DNA from: Dicyema japonicum
Taxonomy: Eukaryota; Animalia; Dicyemida
Length of the DNA: 64,000 bases
Direction: 5' to 3'
Assembly (NCBI GenBank): GCA_011109175.1
Contig: RDEW01000076.1
Span: 1-64,000 of the forward strand
Under the pieces are notes generated by a model. It had not been told where the DNA came from. It saw nothing but the letters and a program-made list of their open reading frames with translations, and did not search any database. The translations under genes and the position numbers were made by a program. Each line of letters opens with the position of its first letter. The first letter of the stretch is position 1. Shown here piece by piece: positions 12,660 through 25,125 of this stretch.

Positions 12660-13530
12660 ATTTGAACATTATTGCCAATACATCACAATAACATATTTAC
12701 CCGTGATAAATTCGGCCGTGGACTGTGTGGAGTAGTCCAACTAAGTGAGCGTATCCTAATGCGAATACACGACACCCTGATATCTGGGTATTTGACAACT
12801 CACTTCGATCAACAAATACATGTCCTCTTTGTAAGTCAAGGAGCATATCGGTTGATCATTTAGCCACTCGGTGCAGATCCATGCTCTCCCACGACTATGT
12901 GTGGAAGCATAACGAGGTAGTAAGGAATCTTCATCTTCTACTAAGCGATAAGTATGGTATTCACCACACCAAAAAGTTGCGGACTCATAAGGTGCAATCT
13001 GTAGTAGAGAACACCAGGGTCCAAATTAATGTAGACAGTGTTATCCGTACCTCGGTGCTAGTCAAGCACAATAAACCGGTGGTACACGATTAGGACTCTA
13101 GCCAAGTCCTTATCATAGAAGTTGGCATTACGTCTCAAGATTGTTTGCAGACTGTGGAGGTGGAGAAAAAAAGGAAGTATGACTTTCTTGCAAACGAGAT
13201 GGGGCAGATGTTTGGTTGGAAAGTCCTCGTTATTCCCATAGTAATGACGTGGGAAGGAATTGCAACAAAGTACCACGAAGGTTATCTGAAGCAGTTGGAG
13301 ATAGATAGGAAGCTACAGGCCTATCTACAGTCCACTGTATTAAAGCGGACCCTCGAAAGCCTGACACCAGAATATAGGGGACTGAGCCCGGAGATGCCAT
13401 ATGGGCAGAGGGTTCAATTGGACAAGGCGCTCTCGGAGTTGTTTCAGCAACCAGAATCGAACCTCTCTGAGGAGTCTGTCAAACAGGCAGGCGAGGAAGG
13501 TTGTTGATTATTAAATATTAACTTTTTATT
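12660..13530 (+). mobile_element. R4/Dong-like non-LTR retrotransposon 3' end (CCHC plus REL endonuclease), disrupted
   Basis: CPLCK..VDHLATRC..HNEVVR..HNKP..IIEVGITSQD..EKKRKYDFLANE..IPIVMTWEG. The same 3' end recurs at 34370-34490 and 40040-40200. Confidence 0.85.
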
Positions 13531-13732
13531 GTTGGTTAAATAAAGTGGGATTAAATATTATTTCATAAAGTTTTTTTAGTATTTTTTTATTAACATATTG
13601 TGTTGTCGTGTTGTCGACGTGGTTGTTACGAAAAATACAGACACAACAATGAAGACTAATGAAGAAAGGAAGGAAAACACCTATCCATAAATGAACATAA
13701 AATGTCACTTACTGCTATAAAATCAACTCAAA

Positions 13733-15200
13733 TTGCACCCCGGAGTTCAAAGCGTCCGAAAAATGGAGGAACTTCACTTAATAAAGAAACTAATCAGGAT
13801 GAAACTTATGGAAGGCGATATTCGTGGTGCTGTACGGCTACTAGTTTGTGATCCTGGGACACTTAAAAACATCCCTGAAACGCTCCTGTCTTTACGAGAA
13901 AAACACCCCGGACCCCCCGAAGACTTGAGAACTATAAAACCTTTCCACGAGGAACAATTGCTCGCCTCTAACGAAGATATAATCACCTCCCTGCGTTCAT
14001 TTCGTCCTAGTAGTGGAGGTGGTATCGATGGCTTGAGACCCGGTCACCTACGTGATCTCACAGCTCCAATGATGGGATCTGTCGGAAAGGATCTTTCTGT
14101 CAACAAGGCCAAATGTGAATTAATCAAGATCAATTTGAGTCCCGATCTGACTACTTTCTACAATGACCAGTTTAAATACACTCTCGAAAATTATGCATCG
14201 GTTCCAGTTGGGGAGTCTCTGTTCCTTGGTTCTCCTATATTCGAAGACCGAATTTGGACGTGTACTTTGAGAAGAAAGGACAATAGAGCTCGGTACTTTT
14301 GAGACCCGTTTGCGGCATATTGACAACCATATTGCCCTCTTCCTATTGAGAAACTGCTTGTCCATTCCAAGATTAAACTATTTACTAAGGACTGCACCAT
14401 GTTATAAGTGTGATTCCCTTTTAATGGAATACTCTGATTGCCTCAAAAGATGTACTGAATTCGTACTTAACGTTTCCCTTGACACCCCTGGATGGATACA
14501 GACTCAATTACCGATATCATTGGGTGGAATCGGTCTTACTACTCCCTGCCAAATTGCTGGCCCGGCGTATTTTGCCTCAAAACTTTCATGCAAAAACCAA
14601 GTGGACTCAATTCTTTCAAAGCTTCCATCTCGGAAACTGTCCAATGACTTGGTTGAATACATGGACGTGTGGCGGAGTGAAGGGCTTAGCGAGCCGCGTA
14701 ATCCAGACCAACAATCGTCTTGGATGATCCATAGATGGAATGCTCTGGCATCCAACCTAGTCAGCCGGCTCTCTGGACATCGCCTGGACTGTTTCCAAAA
14801 TTCGAGGGAGGCGGTTGATGGATCTTGGCTTGGGGTTTACCCATGTCAAGAAGTTGGTGGATTGTTGGATGATGACTCCCTTCGTACAGCTGTATGTCTA
14901 CACCTCGGATTGCCTGTTTGCACCAAATCGAAGTGCAAATGTGGCTGTCTATCGGACGAACTGGGTCTCCACCTCCTCTCATTCCGGAGCGGAATTGGCA
15001 GATCTTCTCGACATTCGGCAATGAACGGCATCATTAAGAGGGCATTAGAATCGGCTAGATTCCGTTGCCGGATCGAACTGACTGGTCTATTTGACAACGG
15101 AAGACGCGCTGACGGCATGACCTCCTTTCCTTTCGAGCGAGGGCGAAACCTTGTATGGGATGTGACCTGTGTCTGCTCTTTCGCCCAAGCAAAAAAATAA
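13733..15200 (+). mobile_element. CRE-clade-like non-LTR retrotransposon with the RT core deleted
   Basis: SGGGIDGLRPGHLRDL joins directly to VNKAKCELI; LLRNCLSIPRLNYLLRT, LPISLGGIG, CKCG..H, SRHSAMN, RRADG..LVWDVT. Confidence 0.85.
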
Positions 15201-15229
15201 TTCACCGAGCAGACCTTTTTCTCTGACTG

Positions 15230-15800
15230 CATGGCTATTCCCTCTCAGGATGGCGAGCGAGATTCGCTCAATAACCAGCAGCGCTAACGAGGCTCTCCTG
15301 ATCGTTCTTGTTTCTCCTTTAAAGACCGATTGGTTTGAGCATGGATGAGTGTCCGGGGGCGTCCAAAGCTCTTCTAACGACTTCGTTCAAGGCCATGTGT
15401 CTGGAAAATTTGCCTGCACTTTTTCTGCAGGAGAGAGGGTGTAGGCCAAAACAGTCGATCTGGTCTCCGCATTGGCACGGATGTGGAACACAGACTATTA
15501 ATCCCAGTCGTAATGAGATCCCAATACGGACGCATTAATTATCCAGGAAGGTACCCAAAACTCCATTAGGAACGGCGTTGAGCCAGGCACCGCTCTCTGA
15601 AGACGCCCCCGACAACAAACAGGCACGGCGGTGTTGGCTAGATAACACTTGGAAAGAATTCCAGCATATAACATCGTCCAGGCCTCGCTGAGAGAACGAG
15701 GAAGGCAAGGAAAACTGAAGCACGTCTCCAGGCCTCATGAGTATGGCCGGCGTCCTTGTCAATAGACAATTCAGGAAGGGAGGGCAGAATCCTTTTGACA
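15230..15800 (-). mobile_element. Second CRE-like 3' fragment, tail-to-tail with the previous copy
   Basis: SGAWLNAVPNGVLGTFLDN..VRIGISLRLG..CQCG..GLHPLSC..SRHMALN. Confidence 0.8.
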
Positions 15801-16489
15801 AGGGTATAATTACGATAGAAAGTTATAATTAAGATTTACACATAGAAAACGTCACTGATGTGTGGATCACAGTGTTATTATGAGCTTAAGCTGGGCCAAC
15901 TAGAAAGTAACTCCCAATCAGGTAAACGTGAATAAGCCTGACGTAGCCTCCCGATTAAGGGAAAAGTCGCCCCTACACATGGGATTATTAAAACATTCTA
16001 CTAAAAAGTGAAGTGATGTCCGCGATATTAGGACGTGTTATGAAAATGGAAAAGGGTGAACCTACTTCTCCATCTATTTTTGGATGTGGAAGTATATAAT
16101 GAACTATTGGAGGAGGGATTTGGTCTGCGCAAGCATACGTTCTCCTTGGGTTCCTTAGATTAATTAGTTGCGATTGTTTGTGGGCCTCATCAAAAATTGT
16201 AAGCTTGGGGTTGCTAATTGAATGAAATTATTCCAAAAACCAAGGGTGAACCAAGCTAACTAATCCCTAATGCGTTCCAGTAGAGCACTTATCCAAGCAC
16301 AGTGATCACTTTGTCCGTGAAGCTGAGGTCGAATACGGAACTCGTTTTCAGGGAGTGAATTCCAGGCATCCCAGCTTCTTGAGAAACGAAACGATTTCCC
16401 GCTTATTTTTCCTGTTGTCTCAACTACTATAAGACAAACAGCACTTCGTATTTTTCTCCTTTGATTTCATTTTTTCCGTGGCTAATTAA

Positions 16490-17260
16490 ATGATAATAAA
16501 ACAATTTAGCACGCTATATAGTATTTTTAGTGATTCCGAAACCCAAGTGTTCGATGCTAAGAAAGCTAAGCGTATAGTCTCGGAATTCAAAGATGAGTTC
16601 TGTATTGCTGACACTGTATCTATTTTGTTCTCTGTTTATCCAAAGTCAACTGTTCAAAAAAACTTTCGGTTAATGAAACGATCACGGTTTTATACAAGCA
16701 AACATCCCGCTATACAAATTAAATAATGATTCGGTCAAAAAATGTTTGAAACATTTAAAATTAACATTCCGTCAGAATTTTCATGCAGAACTACGGTCAA
16801 ATTTCTTGCAGAAAAAAAATAAATGAGTTGAAAAAATTAAAATCTATTTTTAACTTTTAGAAACGAAAAGATTTTTATAATAATTGATGAAACAGACATC
16901 CGAAGGAAAAGTTTTGTAGTGATTCTAATTGAAACCGTTTGCTTTCGAACAAAAATTTCTTATCGTTCACTTAATAGATGACGTCATTAGAGAAATGAAG
17001 ATTATTCGTGATAATTTTTATCTATTAATTTCAGATGCCGCTCCTTGTATGATTTCTGGTGATATAAATTTATCTAAAAAATAGGTGGTAAAACATTAAT
17101 TGTCATAACAACATACATCATGTGACGTGTGTTTCTCATTTGTTACACAATACGATTTTACGTATAAACAGTGCATATCCGGAAATAGATGGCTTAATTG
17201 CAAGCATTAAAGCTGCCACAGTAAAAACCGAAAACGTCGTAATTTGTTCAAGGATGTTGG
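16490..17260 (+). mobile_element. hAT-related (CGGBP1/DUF659-type) transposase remnant
   Basis: IIIDETD, LLISDAAP, HVTCVSHLLHN, YPEIDGLIASIKAATVK in broken frames. Confidence 0.65.
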
Positions 17261-17842
17261 ATATCCGCCTGATGTGGTAATTACTAAAAGCATGACATCT
17301 AACATTGTTTCTTTTGTTGCACATGAGGCTATAAGTAGTATGGCTCTCGTGAAGTGCTTAAATAAAAAAGTAGATCTTAAAGTTTTGGAGTGTTGCGACT
17401 ACTCAATCAATCGGGCATATTGTAATATACAGGGACTACATTTTGATAATGACAAAAAAATATCAAAAATTATATAAATAAAAGAATGGAGGAAAATGAA
17501 TTTAAACTTATTGAAATTACTAAACAATAAATTAGTCAACAGATTATTTTTCTCTTTCACGCTGTCAGGTTGGTCCTTCTAAGATTGAAGTCAAATAAAG
17601 GTCCAGTAAATTAATGGAGCAATGAGCTAATGGAAATTTCACCTTTACAAACCTCGGGATTTCCTAATTCGCAAGTCCATGCCACTACGAATATCCAATT
17701 GCACGGCCCATACGTGCTTGTGTGAGGTCGAGAGAAAAACATCCCGCCAAGTAGACGTCTTTGTTTGAAAGTACAATGATCACGTGAGTTCTCCTTGAAA
17801 TACTCCATTGGTGAAGATTACCATTATGAAAACTCTTCAGCC

Positions 17843-19085
17843 GAAAGGAAAAGTAACAAACTTGAGACCGATCATCCTAATGAATGTTATCAGGAAGATC
17901 CTGGCTATTATCACTCTCGAACATGTAAGAGAGAATTTGGAAGCCTATCTTTCACCATACCATAGTGGATTCCGCGAGGGGAGATCAACGGCAGACGTCT
18001 TATGGAGCCTAAAATGGAGATGTTCAACCATTCAAAGATTTAGAACATCTTTTGGGATCCTTGGGATTGACATATCGAAAGCGTTTGATTCAGTAAACCG
18101 TTGTAAACTATTGGAATCTATCACGGGTCTATTCGACGCCTCGTCAGTTTCGATGATTAGGGCACTACTGGCTGAAACACAACTAACTGTTAAAATTGGA
18201 AATACTCAAGCCATGCAATTTTCGACAAATACTGGGACTCCACAAGGAGATCCATTGTCTCCTCTCCTCTTTGTTGCATATCTTGAGTCTGCGCTACGGG
18301 ATCTCAAGCCTTTTATTGTGGAGGGAACTAGCATCCTAGCTTATGCAGATGATGTGGACTTTGTTTCGCAAAATGGGGAGGCCCTATTGGGATTACTCGA
18401 GAAGGCACCAGAAGTATTCGAAAAATGGTCACTAAATATCAACAAAGACAAGACAGAGCTGACAACTTTGATGAGGAAGGAATCTATTCTGGAAGAGCAT
18501 TGACGAAAGGTTAAAAAGCTGGGATCCCTGCTTGGAGATAAAGAAGACATTATTGCACGGAAGATTAAAGCAAATACGGCCTTATACAACTTGAGAAGAA
18601 ATTGGTTTCTAAGAAAGAAGGGCTTGAACCGAAAGATCAGAACTCGACTATACAATTCGTTAGTCAAACCAATACTCCTATATAATGCAAGTTCTTGGTC
18701 ATTAACCCTAAATGACATTGAAAAACTAAACTCCTTCCATCGGGGACACCGATTTCACTAGACATCATGGAATTTCGTTGGAGCCTATTTGGACACATCC
18801 TACGGGGAAATATCGAAACTCCGGCTAATGTTGCCATGGAAGAATACTTTCAAACCGAGGAGGTGAAGTTCCGAGGACGTCTGAGAGCATCACTGGCCAC
18901 GACACTGAATGAAGACCTGAAGAGAATAGGATTATCTCTAACTACGGGAGATGACCTGGACTACTTGAGGGATTTGGCTCAGGATCGTGGAAAGTGGAGA
19001 AAATTAACTAAAAAATTAATGTTTGGTACTGCACTGGTTTTGTAATATCCAATGGCAAGACGTTGTGCTTTATAATGATCATAAT
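17843..19085 (+). mobile_element. 5'-truncated RTE-like LINE with 13-bp target-site duplication (TSD)
   Basis: RT motifs (NLRPI, SGFREGRST, KAFD, GTPQGDPLSP, YADD) and LFGHILR..RGR..AQDRGKW. TSD AAACTCTTCAGCC at 17830-17842 and 19086-19098. Internal TGA stop and deletion. Confidence 0.92.
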
Positions 19086-21315
19086 AAACTCTTCAGCCAA
19101 GAATGAAGTGATGTCCACGGTCTTGGTATATGATCACTGCTGAACCGGATTGTCTCAGAGATCCATGTGGCTAATTGGCTGAAAATGTATCTTCCTTCCC
19201 TCTGATGGCGTCATTGAATCCACCATACTCAGGAGACGCCAATGGAAGCATGTATTCAAAAGGATCCATCTATTCATTCCACCGGAAGACAATTTCGTTC
19301 CCAGTCGACGATTTCTGGAATTTAACTCAGCTCTTCGGACAGCGTCCTCAGGATTATTGTTATATGATGTGGCATTACTGGGAATAATCTCATTTCATTC
19401 AATGCAAATATTCATTGAAGGACAATAGTAAATATAATAAAAAATTCGTAAAAATAAATGCAAAAAATATTGAATGCCTTTCAGAAGAATAATTTATACC
19501 ATTAGAAAAAGTATACATTAGATAATTTCTTCATAATTAAAAGCAACACAATGAATTGATGAATCAAAGATTTACTTGATAAAGGTTTGATAAATCTTGC
19601 ACTTTGAATAATGAAGAAATATTAATATACACAAATATTATTATATCTGATCTAAGATATAAAAACTATAAAAAAATATAAATGTACAACAAAAAGTAAT
19701 GTATCGTGTATGTAATAAAGTATATTGATGATGGTTGACCATATTAAAATTTAAATTTTAATTAATATAATTAAATATATTTTTTATTTAAATCTTCCTT
19801 TCAATCGTACATTCAGATTTTCCCAAATTCCGTCTTGTCTGCTACGTCTCCAGTGAGATTATCATACAAACTATATTGTTATTTGTTCGTATTCGAGGTT
19901 TATCCTCATTGCATATGTTTTTCTTCCTCCTGTTTTGAGCTACTAAAGTTATTTCACAAGGCAGGTAGCTCTCAGAAGTGAAAACGCTCCTTGATTTGCA
20001 AAGAAATGCGCTTAACAAGCCAGGTCCTTTCTCTTATCATGTTTCTTTCTTGCGATAAGCGATCTAATACGCGTCAGAATTTTTTGTGATCTGCCTCCAA
20101 TGACTCCCGATTTTCGATTGCGAGTAATGAGTACTTTCACTCCGACATAACCTCAATATAAATCTAATCTTTCCAAACACAATTACAATCAAAATTTGCG
20201 CCTAACATTAAAATTGATCTCTAAAATCTATTTCAAACTCAAAATAAAAAACAAAATTCGGCCTTTTCTAATTTGATGATTAACTTTCGGGTTACCTCTT
20301 TTTTACCATGTGTGAACGTGAACACAAGCGAAGAGAAGGTAAAAATTGTTTAGAATTGTGGTAGCTTATAATCAAAAACACAAATCATATAAATAGAAAA
20401 ATAAAAAGGTTAAATTTTGTCAAAATTCAATATTATTAGACTATTAAAGGTAGCATAAAGACAGTGTTCGTTGACTCAACGTTTCCTACTGCCGAGTGTC
20501 TGATCTTTGTTAAAAACTCAAGTGCATGCATATTTATGAAGAAATAGTCGCGAAAAGAGATGTCCCTCGGGGATTTATCTTGATTCCGCTTCTTTTCCGT
20601 AGTTTCACGACCAGCAGCATACTACTATACTCAATTTCCGGGTATGTTCTCGACTCAGATATGCCTTCGGTAAGCAGGTATTTAAAAACTGTATTGGTGG
20701 TCGGTGTAGAAAAGACAAACACATTTCTATTTCTGATCTCAGGTTATTGTACTTCAATTTGTTCATTACACGTGGTGGATGGTGTGAATCTACTCCACTA
20801 TCTTGTGTTATATTTGGGCGTAAAGGCGCCTACAGAGGAGATATTGATGGCATGTGGGAGAAAACCCATAAAAATGTTATGTCCTAAAAACACAGAACTT
20901 TGGTATACATTTGTATATGTCAGTCTGGGAATCGTTCTTATATGGATTGGGGGTGGTTTTCCTTCCGAAGTAGAGAAAGAATTGCATTGAAGCTGGAATA
21001 GACGAGGAGACCGGCTATAAAGTTAGCTTTTCGGATGAAGTCTGCGCGAAGTTAATAAGGATCAGGAGAAATTACCTAGGTCAGTGAGGGTGACAGTGGG
21101 GGAGAGAATAGCTTCCTTTAGTGTTAAGGCTTTGATTTGCCTACGTGAGCCAAGCTTATTGTAGATTAACTGATTGAAGCTCTTCGAGCTGACCCGTGAT
21201 ATGTCAACTGATCCTTAATGAAGCCTCAGACAAATCATATTTAATTTTTCGCCAATAATTAACGTAATTTTAAAAATTAAATTTTTAAAATATAAATAAA
21301 TTATTTAAAAAAAAA

Positions 21316-21622
21316 ATGGGTATGTGGTTGTCTAATTAACAACAGGTATGATCGAAATAACCTGCAACGATAGACTTGGCAAGAAGGTTCGCATAAAATG
21401 CCTGTAAATATTCTGACTAATTTCCATAGTCCATCGGATACCATCGGAGACCTTAAAAAACTAATATCAACGCAAACTGGGACACATCATAGTAAGATTG
21501 TCCTCAAAAAATGGTACAATGTCTACAAGGATCACATAACTCTTGATACATGTAAGTCATCTTTAATATACTCTTCAGATGAGATCCACGATGGAATGAA
21601 TCTTGAACTATATTACCAATGA
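21316..21622 (+). CDS. UBL5: Ubiquitin-like protein 5 (Hub1); introns 21320-21345, 21404-21429, 21552-21578
   Basis: (MG)[57 protein letters not shown]. Confidence 0.97.
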
Positions 21623-24295
21623 TTAGAATTTTTGTTAAATTTTGTCTGTTTTGGTGATTTTATAAGCAAATTACTAATGATTAATCGACTTTTGTTGAAT
21701 AAACAAATTCTTAGGTTTGTTTATATTGTCTGATGAGTGTACGTCTGATTTTGTTCAGTGTACCCTGAAGAAGCCGCTAACAGTCATCGGTCCTACTTCT
21801 GAGTATATGACTCTTGAAGTACTTCCACTTGAATGACAACGAAGATCCGTGAAGTTGGCTGACATGCCAAGTAGCCCCCTCTACGACATTTTTATTGATA
21901 CCACGAAAACCACCCTTGATACGAACTGACTTAGAGCTCGTTATGGGGGAGGGGGGGTAATTCAAAATTTTCGTCTTTACTGTTTTGGCCTCTCCCAGTC
22001 TGTCTGGGATCACTTTGTTAAAAGGTTATTCGTTCTCTAACATATTAGTCTTGGGGTGACAACAATGTCACGTTGAGGAAGTTATGACCAAGGGGGTTCG
22101 AAGCGGGATGTCTTGAAGGTTATTGGATAAAAGACCCATCTTCCGTGACCTGCATCAGTAGGCTCTACCACCAGATCGGACAATTTAGTACGCTTGTTTC
22201 GCCTGAATAATTGCCCTTTTTCGTCGAGAATTGAGCATGTCAACTCACAAAGCCCTGGGACTCTCCCTTCACATTAAAGAACATCAATTCGTACTCACCT
22301 TTTAGAGGAGCCAACCAAAAACAATGGCTGAGGAGATCACATCTTAAAAATCAAAGGTCCTTTCCTAGATTTCCGTCCCCCTCATCGACTTGCCATGTAG
22401 AAACAAGCGGAGACACTTCCAGGAAGCAGTGGGGTCTGTCACTGGACTCCAATAAATTCCGAAAATGATCAAGAAGGTTTAGGTTATGAGAGATTACGTA
22501 GCCAATCCAAGTTCTCCCTGAAGACGAGACAACAATTACAAAAAAAGTTGACACACAATCGGGTGGAAGTTATTAGCACAGCATAGTTAGTTACTATGAA
22601 GAGACTTCATTTTTCCTGAGACTATAAAGAGGTGTTTGCCTTATGAGTTACTAGGAACCCGTAGTTCTGAACAAAAGTGTCGATGCATGAAGGATCTTGT
22701 CCAATTTGATATTAGAGAACAATTCACGTTTCTTGACTTCGGCCCCTAGTGAGATTTTGCCAACCCCATATTATCATCCTCTCCCAGAACTCCTGCGTTT
22801 ATACTAAAAGAACAACTGTGTCAAAAAACTCACTTTCGAAGGTTCCCATATTAACCTAAAAATGTCTCAAGTACCACTTATGGAACTTTGTCACGATGCT
22901 ATCCCACGTCACTATCCCCAATCTTTATCGAAAAAAAGGTACTTCCGCTTCATCTCCACTCTTTAAAGGCCCTCTCGATTAGTAATGAATCTCTATTACG
23001 GCTATATCCTCCTAACTTATAATAAAGCAGAATATATAGTTTATCATACTGTAAAGCAAATAAAACTTGATTGCTGTCTCCACCTTCATCAACTCTTATG
23101 TATTCTCAGACGACAGGCTCCACTTAATGATCCCTTAACATCCAGAAATGTGATGGACCTTTCTGTATCACTAAAGTAAGCGGATAACTTATTATGTCTC
23201 ACACATACTGCCTTAACACCCCACAATTTTTGATAACTCGGGATAAACCTGAAAGAAGTTTTATCCAGTTCCTCCGGTCAGAGTAAGACATATTCTTTCT
23301 AAATATCTGCCATTGTGGAAACCGTTCAGTGGAGTAACAAATATGTATCGCAGTGGGAATCAAACCCCAGCTAAATGCGACCAGCGACAACACTAACCAC
23401 TGCGCTTTCTAATCTACTATTTTTATTTTTAGTATAAACGCAGGACGCATCAGGATGCTAGAGAACTGTAGAATTTTATTTATTCAATGTCACAGTTCAG
23501 AGCTGCGAGGTTTTAAAAATATTAATAATTGTTTATAAAAATTACATTTCTAAAATTATTAATTTTTCCTTATTATTTTGGAGATCATGATTTCCTGCAA
23601 ACTAACATCCCATCAAAATGATTGATTGAATGTAGAGTTTTTTTTCATTTTATTTAAAAATTCACAAAAAATTGTTGACCAAACTTTTTTTAGCAATAAA
23701 ATTTATTAAAAAAATGTTATTTTAAATTTTTTAATTTAGTATCTGGCATATGCGGATGGTCGGAATTGCCATTCTCAAAGGCAATTTCCTTGGATCCGTG
23801 AAGCAGCGTTAAAATAGAACATGTTTTGTGCTAACTCCCTTTCCTTTATAATAATAGGAGATCCAATTATGCAACAAATTCCATTCAGGATTCAGATTTG
23901 CTAACGGTATTTTCAACTCCACCAAATTTCTAAAAAAAATCAATTAAAACAAGAATCTGTTAATTATACTGCAAAATTACCAAGGAATGACTTAAGATCT
24001 ACAATATATCAGTCTCTGCCCATAAGTAGGCGTAATTACTGGGTTAGTCACAAGAATTCGTTTAGACTAAAATTGTTAGAATTAATAATTTACAGAGGAA
24101 GATGGAAGAGACTAACTATAAATATTGTTAATATGAGTGTTGCACATGCGGGGCTATAAACATTATGCTTTCGTGAAAGTGCCTTAATAATAATAAGCAC
24201 ATTTGGATACCACAGTACCCACTTCATATGTCCTTGCACCATAATGGTAAGTAACAGCAAACTATATAATTTATTCGTCCAAAGTGATTTAGATC

Positions 24296-25020
24296 AGTGG
24301 TTCTCGAATTTTTTTGTCAGGGGGGGCGATGGTCCTCGAGGAGTTCATTGTCATGAAAAAATAAAAGACAGATAAATAATCGATTATATAAAAACTATAA
24401 CATTATATTATATTTCATCTAAAGTTATTAACGTGATCTCGAATATTTCGTGATGAGTCTTGTTTAAAAAAGTTAGAACCTATAAAGAGGAATATATTTC
24501 TTTAGGATTTTATTAAAAATCCTCAGGACACACATAAATTGCTTTGCTTGCAATGTGGCAATGAAGCCATCGCGCTTAATCGAACATTTAGAGCGTAACA
24601 TCCAAACTTAATTGAAAAAAAACAGAACTTTTTTGAATTAAAAAAATTATGAAAATAAAAACACTTTAACTTTTTTTTTTAATAAACGTATATTTCAAAA
24701 TGTTTTTCTACTATTTTATTTTTGCAGAGATAATTGCAAAAACTGGTTATTTTATTTATTTTAATTTGTAGGTAATCCTCATTCGATAGCAGAAAGAGTT
24801 ATTAGATTCATTTATTCACGAAATTTTACAAAAGATTCTTCAAACATACTGAAGACCATCCCATTAAGCAATGACACAATAATGAGAATTGATGAAGTGT
24901 CTAATGCCATGAACAATCTGTAATATTATCTCTCAGAGAACGTAAGTTTTCCGTTTAACTTGACGAATCAGTTGTCATTGATAATCAATCTAAAATTTTA
25001 TCATGCCCTCATGTGGTTCA
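24296..25020 (+). mobile_element. Buster/Charlie-type hAT transposon remnant
   Basis: CAGTGGTTCTC terminus; IAKT|GNPHSIAE, IPLSNDTI, LDES motifs. Confidence 0.65.
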
Positions 25021-25125
25021 CCTTTTGTAGTGGCGCTCAGTGTAGAAAAACACCAAAAAGAACCATTTGCTCTTCCCCATCCAGACTCCTTATGCCTGGA
25101 TGGTATACCTCAACTGTGACATTTA

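Noticed and set aside
19800-21230. Possible host genes (including ORF 20526-20990)
   Set aside because: No splice-consistent frame or recognisable family; the minus strand looks like decayed retroelement sequence.
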